Below the pieces are notes generated by a model that ran no database searches, had not been told where the DNA came from, and worked only from the letters and a program-made list of their open reading frames with translations. From the IMG/VR virus record IMGVR_UViG_3300031951_000003, positions 124,001 to 188,000 of that record: a stretch of 64,000 nt of DNA; one strand, 5' to 3'. This document shows, piece by piece, positions 16,821 to 25,757 of this stretch (positions are counted from its first letter, which is position 1; each line of letters begins with the position of its first letter). The position numbers were made by a program, and so were the translations under genes.

Positions 16821-16892
16821 CGTCCTCTCATGGGCTCGAACCATGGACCCTCTCGTTAACAGCGAGATGCTCTACCGCTGAGCTAAGAAGAC
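16821..16892 (-). tRNA. tRNA-Asn(GTT)
   Basis: Cloverleaf; loop CTGTTAA. Confidence 0.93.
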
Positions 16893-16898
16893 GTTTTG

Positions 16899-16972
16899 TT
16901 GGGAAGACAGGATTCGAACCTGCGGCCCCCTGGTCCCAAACCAGGTGCTCTACCGGGCTGAGCCACTTCCCA
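16899..16972 (-). tRNA. tRNA-Pro(TGG)
   Basis: Cloverleaf; loop TTTGGGA. Confidence 0.93.
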
Positions 16973-16989
16973 TTATTAAACAAAGGTAA

Positions 16990-17023
16990 TAAAAAAACCC
17001 CGAACTTTCAAGATTCAGGGTTT
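16990..17023 (-). terminator. Attenuator terminator upstream of Pro..Leu tRNA block
   Basis: AAACCCTGAAT/GTTCGGGGTTT + T run; CTGAATCT can pair instead with AGATTCAG in the leader ORF. Confidence 0.85.
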
Positions 17024-17045
17024 TAATGTTTGGCTTTGTTTTTTA

Positions 17046-17147
17046 TTATCCTACATCTGTATCTGAATCTAAGCATAGATTACCCCCATCACCATTAGGT
17101 GTTGTAGGTCTGAACACTAAATTCGTATTAACAAAAAGTTGTTTCAT
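17046..17147 (-). CDS. Leader peptide 2, MKQLFVNTNLVFRPTTPNGDGGNLCLDSDTDVG
   Basis: TATTTAT upstream; contains the antiterminator strand; rich in N/T/G/D/L/P and AGA-Arg matching the downstream tRNAs. Confidence 0.72.
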   Translation of the reverse strand: MKQLFVNTNLVFRPTTPNGDGGNLCLDSDTDVG

Positions 17148-17169
17148 ATTCTAATAAATACAAAGGATT

Positions 17170-17442
17170 TTATAAAAGTCTACTGAAGACTTTTTCAAAA
17201 TATTCTTCCTCTTCGTTGGTTAACGAATAATATTTTGATTTTAACTTATCGAGTTTTTCCTCAAATTCCCTTTCACCATACCCTGTAGGTTTGATGGACT
17301 TTTTAACATCACCTTTTTCATTATAGAGAGCCTGAGGTAGATGACCATCATCTACAAGTTCTTTAATCAATTCTTTGATGTCACTTTTGTTACAAGCTCG
17401 AACGAATTCGTATGGTTCGATATCAATATCTATGTATGGCAT
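17170..17442 (-). CDS. Hypothetical protein
   Basis: 90-aa ORF. Confidence 0.65.
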   Translation of the reverse strand: MPYIDIDIEPYEFVRACNKSDIKELIKELVDDGHLPQALYNEKGDVKKSIKPTGYGEREFEEKLDKLKSKYYSLTNEEEEYFEKVFSRLL

Positions 17443-17472
17443 TTTTAATAATTTTCACAAAGTTATGAAAAA

Positions 17473-18141
17473 TTATTGAATACCAAAAAAGTTTTTTCTT
17501 TTTTCTATGTCTTGCATTATTTTCTTGATTCTCTGAACAGTTTGGTCAATCTCTGAATCAAGTTCTTTAACTTTCATTTCGAGGCTTTGGATTTTTTCAG
17601 GTCCCTCTTTTTTATATAGGTATCTTTCCATAGATGTTAAAGGACTTTCGAGAGGTTTTCGCCCTCTTTTCTTTGGTTCTGAAGGTTGAGGTATTTCCTG
17701 TTTTTTCGGAATAAAAGCAATGTCAGTTTTTATTTCGGGTTCAAATTGTTTTTCTTTATTTTTTGAACCTGCGGGTCTTCCTCTTTTTCCTGTTGGTTCA
17801 GGTTTTCCATATCTTAATATCTTGGATGCAATTTTGGGAAACGTTGAGCTTACTGATTTGATGAAAGTTTGTGATTCTTTGGGACTCAACATATTCAAGA
17901 AATCGCCAAGTCTATACAATGCACCGACCAACTCTGAATCTGTATTTGCCTTTTCAGTCGTTTTAAATTTTACGAATGTTCTGAATTGCTCCATATTTGG
18001 TAAGGAATTAATCAACTGGGGTTTCGAATATAATTCCTCGAATAACCATTCTCCGAGGTTCTTAACAATCCAATCGAATTTTTCATCCGACATCAATCTT
18101 GCTTCGGATAATAAGTCTTCGTAAAAAAGAAAAAATTTCAT
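17473..18141 (-). CDS. Hypothetical protein with AT-hook-like motifs and C-terminal coiled coil
   Basis: KRGRP and KKRGRKP motifs; N-terminal LLSE; TATTTAT upstream. Confidence 0.7.
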   Translation of the reverse strand: MKFFLFYEDLLSEARLMSDEKFDWIVKNLGEWLFEELYSKPQLINSLPNMEQFRTFVKFKTTEKANTDSELVGALYRLGDFLNMLSPKESQTFIKSVSSTFPKIASKILRYGKPEPTGKRGRPAGSKNKEKQFEPEIKTDIAFIPKKQEIPQPSEPKKRGRKPLESPLTSMERYLYKKEGPEKIQSLEMKVKELDSEIDQTVQRIKKIMQDIEKRKNFFGIQ

Positions 18142-18177
18142 ATTGATAAATACACCGTTTTTTTAATATTTATGTAA

Positions 18178-18285
18178 ATGATGGATTTAGACAATAACAT
18201 TTCGTGTCTTTTGGGAACTACAAGTTCATATGAGAACCCTTGGGTGATGGAACGCAGGATACCCCGAACCATAAACTATTGCTAA
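18178..18285 (+). CDS. Leader peptide 3, MMDLDNNISCLLGTTSSYENPWVMERRIPRTINYC, upstream of HNH gene
   Basis: TATTTAT upstream; followed by a terminator; GAACCCTT and ACCCC are complementary to the terminator 5' arm. Confidence 0.6.
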   Translation: MMDLDNNISCLLGTTSSYENPWVMERRIPRTINYC

Positions 18286-18300
18286 AAACGTTACATATCT

Positions 18301-18334
18301 AAGGGGTTCATTTTTTGGACCCCTTTTGTTTTTT
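18301..18334 (+). terminator. Terminator/attenuator upstream of HNH endonuclease
   Basis: AAGGGGTTCA/TGGACCCCTT + T-rich tail. Confidence 0.75.
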
Positions 18335-18370
18335 ATTAGAAAATAAACTATTATTGCAAAAAATTACAAA

Positions 18371-18859
18371 ATGGGAAGTGTATTGGTTTTAAATTATGAT
18401 TACACCCCGTTGAATGTAACTACTATTCGACGAGGATTTGTTTTAGTGGATAAGGGTAAGGCAGAAATTGTCAAGTCTGATGAATCCCCTATTACTGCTG
18501 GATTCAAAACATATGTCCGACCTGTGATTATTAGATTACTGAAATACATCAAACATTTCACAAGGAATCTTCGCGCAAATAGGAATAGAATCTATAAGAG
18601 AGACAACTATCAATGTGTTTATTGTGGGTCAAGTAAGCACTTAACTTTGGACCACGTAATTCCAAAATCTAGGGGAGGTAAAAATGATTGGATGAATCTT
18701 GTAACATCTTGTTTCAAATGTAACTTGAAGAAATCTAATAAAACACCAGAAGAGGCTAAAATGCCAATGAGACATAAACCTTTTGCCCCAACATTAGTGG
18801 GGGAGAATGTAACCGTGAGCAAAGTTTGGGAGGATTTCCAAAAATCATTCATTTATTAA
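18371..18859 (+). CDS. HNH endonuclease
   Basis: VLVLN..Y.PL N-terminus; RDNYQCVYCG..LTLDHVIPKSRGG..W.NLVTSC.KCN..K. Confidence 0.92.
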   Translation: MGSVLVLNYDYTPLNVTTIRRGFVLVDKGKAEIVKSDESPITAGFKTYVRPVIIRLLKYIKHFTRNLRANRNRIYKRDNYQCVYCGSSKHLTLDHVIPKSRGGKNDWMNLVTSCFKCNLKKSNKTPEEAKMPMRHKPFAPTLVGENVTVSKVWEDFQKSFIY

Positions 18860-18876
18860 AATAAAAAACTATAATT

Positions 18877-19176
18877 ATGGATACTATGTCAAACAAATCA
18901 CTCAAGATTGTAATCGTTTTTTTAAGTATTTGTCTCATTTGGACTAGCATTAGATTGTCTAACGAAAAACAAAATATTGAGCCGACGAAAATGGAACTAG
19001 TTCAAACAAAAAAAAGTTTGGATAGTTTAAAGATTGTTAGTGATTCACTTTATTATGAATTATTTCCTATACAAGTTGAACTTGGTAGATTCCAAGTGGC
19101 TTATGAAATATTCATGGAAAGGAATCCAAAAGCCGCGTCACAGTATGGTGACATAATCTCACAAGAAACCGAATAA
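18877..19176 (+). CDS. Hypothetical membrane-anchored protein
   Basis: N-terminal TM helix then coiled coil. Confidence 0.65.
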   Translation: MDTMSNKSLKIVIVFLSICLIWTSIRLSNEKQNIEPTKMELVQTKKSLDSLKIVSDSLYYELFPIQVELGRFQVAYEIFMERNPKAASQYGDIISQETE

Positions 19177-19177
19177 T

Positions 19178-19453
19178 ATGGAAAATAATAATGAACTAAA
19201 CGAATTACAAGATTCGAAAAACCCCCAAGACACACTAACATCATCCCTCATACTTGCTAGAGCACTTAGTCTCATACTTCAAGAAAACCAAGGGATTGTT
19301 GTTGACCTTTTAAATAATTTGGATTTAGGTGATGACACATCCAAAGTAATTGTTTTTAAATTTCAAGAACAAATTCACATCTATAAATGCGAAGAGGATT
19401 TGGCTGAGGGAACCGCTGTTATGATGGGTGAACCACCGATGGACTCTGAATAA
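19178..19453 (+). CDS. Hypothetical protein
   Basis: 91-aa ORF in operon. Confidence 0.65.
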   Translation: MENNNELNELQDSKNPQDTLTSSLILARALSLILQENQGIVVDLLNNLDLGDDTSKVIVFKFQEQIHIYKCEEDLAEGTAVMMGEPPMDSE

Positions 19454-19464
19454 AATTTAAATAC

Positions 19465-21135
19465 ATGAGGGTATTAGGATTTTCTGTCGGACACGACAAA
19501 GGTGCTGTTATTGTTGAAAATGGAAAAGTCTTGATTGGAATTACTCAAGAAAGAATTTCAAGAATCAAACATGATGGAGCACATCAAGGTGGATTAATTC
19601 CTGCCGAATCTATAAGATATTGTCTTGAAAATTCAGGATATACTTTTAGAGATATCGATTTATTTGTCTACAGCACAACTGAAATTGTTGATGACGTTCA
19701 AAAAAAGTTTATCGAAGAATTTCAGTTTGACCCTACGGGTAAATTCGAGTTTTTACCTCATCATTTGGCCCACGCATATTCTTCTTTTTTTAGTTCAGGA
19801 TTCGATGATGCCGTTGTGGTTGTTGCAGACGCATCGGGTAGTATTTTGAATGAAAAAAATAAATTACCTGAGTGGTATCCGAAAGTTAGTAGGAAAGGTC
19901 TCAATCACGAAGAAGATTGGACAGAAGCAATTTCAATTTATCATTTTAATAAAAATGATTACAAAGAGGTTTATAAGAAATGGATAAAATATCCTGTTCC
20001 GATTGATACTAACGAAGATGTTTCTGTCGGAACCGTTTACTCTGAAGGTTCACTTCAATTAATTTATGAACCCAATACCAATTCTTGGCCTGCAGGTAAA
20101 CTGATGGGACTTGCGTCATATGCTGACAAGGACATAGTCGAGGAAGCTCCACATTATATTGTTGAAACAGAAGATGGAGATATTTTCATTCCAAATAATA
20201 GAATATATCCCAAAGTGACATATGATTCAGATTTTTTCTCAAGAGCTTGTGTTGCTGGAATATATCAAAGGGAACAAGAAAGGGTATCTCTAATGTTAGC
20301 GAAGAAAGCAAAGGAATTGACCGATTCTGAAAATATTTGCGTGGCAGGTGGGTCTTTCCTTAATTGTAATTCTAACGAAAAAATCCTCAACTCAGGATTG
20401 TTTGAGGGTTGTTACTTCATACCTCCCTCTGACGATAGTGGAATCCCTTTAGGGTGCGCCTGGTATGGTTATCAACTTATGAGTCCGATTGAAAAAAATA
20501 ATTTTCTTTCTCCTTACATAGGTAAAAATTATTCTAACAATGATATTGTTTCAGCAATAAACCAATACCCAAATTTATATCATGAAAGATTTGATGATTT
20601 TGACGAACTTGTTGATAAAGTCTCACATTGGTTAACTCAAAATAGGGTCATAGGCTGGTTTCAAGACCAATCTGAAATTGGACCTAGAGCTCTTGGTAAT
20701 CGTTCAATCTTAGCATCACCTATCAACAAATGGATGACAGGTCACATTAATTCAGACATCAAAAAAAGAGAATGGTATAGACCGTTTGCACCCGCCGTGT
20801 TATTTGAACACCAAAGTGAAATTTTTGATTCTAATGTTTTTTCTCCATATATGTTGGTTACGACTAACGTAAAAGAATCTTGGAGAGATAAAATACCTGC
20901 AGTAACTCACATTGACGGTTCCGCTAGACATCAATCGGTTTCAGAAAAATCTAATTATAAATTTTATAAATTAATCGAGAGTTTTTATAACAAAACAGGA
21001 GTTCCAGTTTTACTCAACACGAGTTTCAATGGCCCTCATGAACCAATTGTTGAAACTCCAAAGAATGCAATTGACACCATGTTAAGTTGTAAACTCGATT
21101 ACTTAGTAATAGGAAATTATTTAATCAAAAGATAG
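19465..21135 (+). CDS. Carbamoyltransferase (NodU/CmcH family)
   Basis: HD..A, ERISRIKH, HHLAHA, GKLMGLASY, GPRALGNRSILA, RPFAP, LLNTSFN..EPIVE. Confidence 0.93.
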   Translation: MRVLGFSVGHDKGAVIVENGKVLIGITQERISRIKHDGAHQGGLIPAESIRYCLENSGYTFRDIDLFVYSTTEIVDDVQKKFIEEFQFDPTGKFEFLPHHLAHAYSSFFSSGFDDAVVVVADASGSILNEKNKLPEWYPKVSRKGLNHEEDWTEAISIYHFNKNDYKEVYKKWIKYPVPIDTNEDVSVGTVYSEGSLQLIYEPNTNSWPAGKLMGLASYADKDIVEEAPHYIVETEDGDIFIPNNRIYPKVTYDSDFFSRACVAGIYQREQERVSLMLAKKAKELTDSENICVAGGSFLNCNSNEKILNSGLFEGCYFIPPSDDSGIPLGCAWYGYQLMSPIEKNNFLSPYIGKNYSNNDIVSAINQYPNLYHERFDDFDELVDKVSHWLTQNRVIGWFQDQSEIGPRALGNRSILASPINKWMTGHINSDIKKREWYRPFAPAVLFEHQSEIFDSNVFSPYMLVTTNVKESWRDKIPAVTHIDGSARHQSVSEKSNYKFYKLIESFYNKTGVPVLLNTSFNGPHEPIVETPKNAIDTMLSCKLDYLVIGNYLIKR

Positions 21136-21136
21136 T

Positions 21137-22729
21137 ATGAGCACGATTTATGGTTTTTTTGGTGGTTCTCATAGTCCATCCGCGTGTTTAATTAGAAATG
21201 GAAAGATTGTATCATGTATAGAAGAAGAAAGATTAACCAGAATTAAGGCTGGTGACAACTTCGACAGTTTTCCAGAATTATCCTCAGAAGAAATTCAAAA
21301 ATACACAGGTCTTAATGTTCACGATGCTGATTATAGGGTTTTTGTTGAGCCGGTAATCGATGCGTTCGCAAAAAAATTGACCAAGGATAATTTTGAGAGA
21401 GTTGGTCATCACGATGCTCATTGCTATGGTTCTTATTTTACAAGTGGTATGGATGGAAAAGTTTTAAGTATTTCATACGACGGTGGAGGAGACAAAACCG
21501 TAATGAAAGTCTACCTTTGTGAAGATGGTAAAATGAATTTGGCATATTCTTATGATTTTGCAACAACGGGAAGTATACCTCATCTTTGGGCATTCAGTGT
21601 GACCTCAATTAGAGGATATAACGAGAATGGAGAGAGCATTTGGAAAATGTGTAAAGACGAAGGGAAACTTATGGGAATGGCACCTGATGGGTTTTACGAT
21701 GAGAGGATATATAAAATTCTGAATTCAATAATCGATTACAAAGACTTCAAATTTTTCCCATCGAATACGGGTGCGAAAGCTAGATTTGTTGTAGACACAA
21801 TGTTCAGGAAAGGTTATTTCGACTCACAAGAGAAACTTCAGGTTTTTTCGTTTAACTTACAAAAATTAACTGAAGACCTTTTCCTTAATTTTTTAGACGA
21901 CCTTCACACTAGATTTCCCGATTATAAAAAATTATGTTTTTCTGGTGGTTTGTTTGCCAACGTAAAATTAAATCAAAAAATTAATCAACTACCTTGGGTT
22001 GAGGAAATATATATTGTTCCACCTATGGGAGACGAAGGGTTAAGCTTAGGTGCATGTATAAAGAAAGCAGTAGACTTGGGTGAAATCACAAAACCATTCA
22101 AATTGGATAATGTTTTTTTTGGTAAAGAGTATGATGATGACCAAATTTCATTGATTAGTCAAAAATATAATTTTGAGAAAAAGATATATAACCCTTCTGA
22201 AATCGCTAAGAATATTGATGAGGGTGAAATTATCGGTTGGTTTCAACACGGATTTGAATTTGGTCCACGAGCCTTGGGTGGTAGAAGTATTCTTATGAGA
22301 CCAACAAGCTCAGACACTCATAGTAAATTAAACAAAAGGTTGAAAAGACATGATTCGATGCCATTTGCACCTATTGTAATGTCAGAATATTTTGATGAAA
22401 TTTTCTTTGAAACAAAGTCAAAATACTCCGCAGAATTTATGACTATTTGTTATCAAACTAAAGAGAATTGGATTGAAAAAATACCTGCGGTAATCCAAAA
22501 ATCAGATAAGACTGCGAGACCTCAGATTGTAAAAAGAGAGAAGAACTACAAATTTTGGGAAATACTTGATGAATACTATAAAATTTCAAATATACCTGTT
22601 TTGTTAAATACTTCTTTCAACACTCACAATGAACCAATTGTAGATAACCCCGAACAAGCCTTTTCTAAATTACAAGATAAAACTTTAGATAAATTAGTTA
22701 TTGGAAATTATGTTTACACAAATAGGTGA
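21137..22729 (+). CDS. Carbamoyltransferase (NodU/CmcH family), second copy
   Basis: EEERLTRIK, HHDAH, DGGGD, EGKLMGMA, GPRALGGRS, LLNTSFN. Confidence 0.93.
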   Translation: MSTIYGFFGGSHSPSACLIRNGKIVSCIEEERLTRIKAGDNFDSFPELSSEEIQKYTGLNVHDADYRVFVEPVIDAFAKKLTKDNFERVGHHDAHCYGSYFTSGMDGKVLSISYDGGGDKTVMKVYLCEDGKMNLAYSYDFATTGSIPHLWAFSVTSIRGYNENGESIWKMCKDEGKLMGMAPDGFYDERIYKILNSIIDYKDFKFFPSNTGAKARFVVDTMFRKGYFDSQEKLQVFSFNLQKLTEDLFLNFLDDLHTRFPDYKKLCFSGGLFANVKLNQKINQLPWVEEIYIVPPMGDEGLSLGACIKKAVDLGEITKPFKLDNVFFGKEYDDDQISLISQKYNFEKKIYNPSEIAKNIDEGEIIGWFQHGFEFGPRALGGRSILMRPTSSDTHSKLNKRLKRHDSMPFAPIVMSEYFDEIFFETKSKYSAEFMTICYQTKENWIEKIPAVIQKSDKTARPQIVKREKNYKFWEILDEYYKISNIPVLLNTSFNTHNEPIVDNPEQAFSKLQDKTLDKLVIGNYVYTNR

Positions 22730-23351
22730 TGAAAAAATTGTGATTGACTTTAACAAAGGAATTACAGTCAGAGTTGGTGGACCCGAACAATTATATTATG
22801 TTGAATTACATGAATTTAAAAAAGGGGACCAACAACCTTATATCGTTGAGGGAATTCATTTCACAACTATGAATGACTGGTATATGAAAGAGTTTCATCT
22901 ACCTATAGAGTTTTACATGGACTTCGAAATCATAATTTATAAGTTTGATGATACTTTTGGATTGAAAAGAATTTACTCTCACAGATATAATGACCGAGAC
23001 CAACTTGTTAGATTTATTTTGGATACGGATAATTTAGACGAAGCTTCAGTGTGGTTGAAAAGATGTATGACATACAAAAAAAGAAATGAATGTCACGTAG
23101 AAATTATTTCAAATTTTGATGAAATTAACTCATACTCAGAAACAAGATTCAAAGATAGAAATCTGACACCTTATAAGACATACAGGATAGGTAAATTTCC
23201 AAAGAACAGTAATGATTGGAAAACAGTAGACCCGAGAAAAGAGGGTGTCATTTGGTTCGGTAATTGGAAAACTTTTTGGTCTTACCAACATCCAAGATTA
23301 TGGAAATCTTTATCAAGCCAAGAAATTGTAGACGATATTTTGGGTTTGTAA
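22710..23351 (+). CDS. Hypothetical protein
   Basis: ORF overlapping the stop of the carbamoyltransferase. Confidence 0.65.
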   Translation: MFTQIGDEKIVIDFNKGITVRVGGPEQLYYVELHEFKKGDQQPYIVEGIHFTTMNDWYMKEFHLPIEFYMDFEIIIYKFDDTFGLKRIYSHRYNDRDQLVRFILDTDNLDEASVWLKRCMTYKKRNECHVEIISNFDEINSYSETRFKDRNLTPYKTYRIGKFPKNSNDWKTVDPRKEGVIWFGNWKTFWSYQHPRLWKSLSSQEIVDDILGL

Positions 23352-23386
23352 CTTTTTTTATCTAATTTTGTTACAAATAATAAATT

Positions 23387-24064
23387 ATGAATATCGGTAA
23401 CGAATTTACATCCTATTACACAAAACATTTAGGGAAAGGTTCACTTGACCTACACTACTTCAATCAACAAATTGAATCTTCAATGACTCCATATATTTTG
23501 GAAGAAAGGGAGATGAGAGCAACTCAGATTGACATATTCTCACGTTTGATGAGAGACAGAATAATTTGGGTGGCTGGTGGTGTTGATGATAGAATGTCGA
23601 CCGTAGTTCAAGCACAATTAATGTTCTTAGATAATAGTGATAAAACTGACATAACGATGCACATTGACTCACCAGGTGGCAGCGTGAAATCAGGACTCTC
23701 AATGGTTGATGTCATGCAATATGTCACTTGTGATATCCGAACTGTTAACACAGGTATGGCGGCTTCTATGGGTTCAGTTTTACTTGGTGCAGGAACCAAA
23801 GGCAAACGCTCCTCCCTCAAGTTCTCTAAAACGATGCTTCACCAGACATCAGGTGGTGCGGGCGGAAATATTCAAGATGCGAGAATCAATTTCATTGAGT
23901 GGGAAAAAACCAACAAAATATTGTTTGAATTATTAGGTGAGTTTTGTGGTAAAACTCCCGAACAAGTTATGGAAGACTCCTCTCGAGATTTTTGGTTATC
24001 TGCTGAAGAGTCCGTTGAATATGGTATTATTGACGAGATTGTTAAAACAAAAAAGAAGGGTTAA
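23387..24064 (+). CDS. clpP: ATP-dependent Clp protease proteolytic subunit
   Basis: DIFSRLMRDRII, SPGGSV, AASMG (Ser), MLHQ (His), RDFWLSAEE (Asp). Confidence 0.96.
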   Translation: MNIGNEFTSYYTKHLGKGSLDLHYFNQQIESSMTPYILEEREMRATQIDIFSRLMRDRIIWVAGGVDDRMSTVVQAQLMFLDNSDKTDITMHIDSPGGSVKSGLSMVDVMQYVTCDIRTVNTGMAASMGSVLLGAGTKGKRSSLKFSKTMLHQTSGGAGGNIQDARINFIEWEKTNKILFELLGEFCGKTPEQVMEDSSRDFWLSAEESVEYGIIDEIVKTKKKG

Positions 24065-24130
24065 CCCCTTCTTTTCGTTTTTTTGAACACCCCCCTTTTT
24101 GTTTTTTACCACTTTATGGTGGTTTCATTA

Positions 24131-24784
24131 TTAAGCCACCGCAGGTTTTGCCTGAACTTTATTTAAAACATTTTCAGCTTTGTCCGTGAAACTTCCAAAG
24201 AGCTTGCATACACCATCTGACATTTGTTTTTCGAGGCCCTTGATGAATTCAGTATCTTTGATTGCTCCACCCAATAAGTTTCTTATTATACCGTAACCTG
24301 TCCCGTCCATACCTTTCGATTGCATCATAGTTCTGACCAAAGCCTCTGCTAAACTCTCAGCAACCAATTTTGTTAATTCTCTACAGTCGGATAATGCATT
24401 TGCTAATCTTCTTGGGTCTGATGCAATGAATGATGATACAAATTTTGCGAAAGGACCTTTCATATTGAACCAACCAAAAATAGAATCAATCATAGGTTCT
24501 ACAATTGCCTGTCCTAATACGCTCCATCCTTGTCCAAATAGTTTATCTAATATATCTGTGAATTTGAATTCCTCATTAATTAGACCTTGTGATTCAAGAA
24601 CATTAATCTCTTTCAATACTTGAATGAAAACCTTTTTTTGTTTTTCCTCAGATAAAGACCTGAATTTTGATTTAGATTCAACAATAACTTTCAATCTACT
24701 TTCAACTAATGTTGTTTCAACAAGTCTATTATCTCTTTTCTTTTTTTCCTCGAGTAATTTTTTTCTTACAATTTTATTTACCAT
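24131..24784 (-). CDS. Hypothetical (putative virion-associated) protein
   Basis: Repeated LLEE/LVE/IVE/INE motifs in the N-terminus. Confidence 0.65.
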   Translation of the reverse strand: MVNKIVRKKLLEEKKKRDNRLVETTLVESRLKVIVESKSKFRSLSEEKQKKVFIQVLKEINVLESQGLINEEFKFTDILDKLFGQGWSVLGQAIVEPMIDSIFGWFNMKGPFAKFVSSFIASDPRRLANALSDCRELTKLVAESLAEALVRTMMQSKGMDGTGYGIIRNLLGGAIKDTEFIKGLEKQMSDGVCKLFGSFTDKAENVLNKVQAKPAVA

Positions 24785-24793
24785 AAAAATTTT

Positions 24794-25756
24794 TTAAACT
24801 TTTAAATCTTTTAATTTTTTCTTCAATTCGAATCTGAAGTTGAACATTCCTTTGTTTGCCCTTTCTTTACAAATTCTAACAACACTTTTCAGATTAGCTC
24901 TTTCTGCATCACCCAAAGGATATGTTCTAGAACCTAACTCTTGATTATTCCAAAGTGTTTCGATAGCCGTCTTACAATTTTGTGAATTTACCTCAAGTTT
25001 TGTTCCTTGTTTAGCATCTGCAACTTTTTGTATCTTTCTGTATACGTAGAATTTGTCTTTCAATTTTTCGAAATAAGGATAATACTGACTATAGTCTCCG
25101 CTTATCTTACCATTATTTTCAGCATCTTTACCTGTTAAATCTAATTTCTCATACTCACCGCCGTCCCTTAATTGATATTCTGATGGGGGTTGTGCCATTT
25201 CGAACCAATTTTCCGTTCTGAGTTGTTTAATTATATCTTTTTGACTATTATCTAAACTTGGTTTTCCTGCGGTCTGTCCTGCCTGATTAGTTTGACCAGT
25301 GTTTTGAGAAGATACGGTAGAAACATTTGCTTCAGGACAGTAAAATTTATCGTAAACTTTACCTTGTTGATTCAGAATGTTCATATCACTTGTAAAATAA
25401 TATGTTAGTCCCTGTCTTGATTTTCTTGACACAAAATATATCCCATCTTTTAATTTCCTTATCTCACTCCTTTTACCACCGAGACATTTTGACTCAACCA
25501 CTTTTATGAAGTTGTTTAGAACATCCGCATCAGTTTTGGTTAATGTATTAGTTTCTACTTTCGAGTCTGTTTTTGTTGTCTCAACAGTTGAAATAGTGGG
25601 CGTTGTTGTTTTAGTCGTTCCGTCAGCGTTGTATGGTGATGCAGGGTCTCCTGGTGCAACATCATCAGGTCCTAAACCACTTGCCTGTTCTTTAATGAAA
25701 CCATGCATTTTCAAGATTTCAATTTTGTAACTTTCGTCTATTCTTAAACTTTTCAT
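24794..25756 (-). CDS. Hypothetical (putative virion-associated) protein
   Basis: N-terminal I.ES.K.EILKMH..IKEQ. Confidence 0.65.
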   Translation of the reverse strand: MKSLRIDESYKIEILKMHGFIKEQASGLGPDDVAPGDPASPYNADGTTKTTTPTISTVETTKTDSKVETNTLTKTDADVLNNFIKVVESKCLGGKRSEIRKLKDGIYFVSRKSRQGLTYYFTSDMNILNQQGKVYDKFYCPEANVSTVSSQNTGQTNQAGQTAGKPSLDNSQKDIIKQLRTENWFEMAQPPSEYQLRDGGEYEKLDLTGKDAENNGKISGDYSQYYPYFEKLKDKFYVYRKIQKVADAKQGTKLEVNSQNCKTAIETLWNNQELGSRTYPLGDAERANLKSVVRICKERANKGMFNFRFELKKKLKDLKV

Positions 25757-25757
25757 A

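Noticed and set aside
17024-17077. Alternative Arg-rich uORF MLRFRYRCRIIKNKAKH inside leader 2
   Set aside because: It is out of frame within the better-supported leader, has no upstream motif, and its composition does not match the tRNA block beyond Arg.
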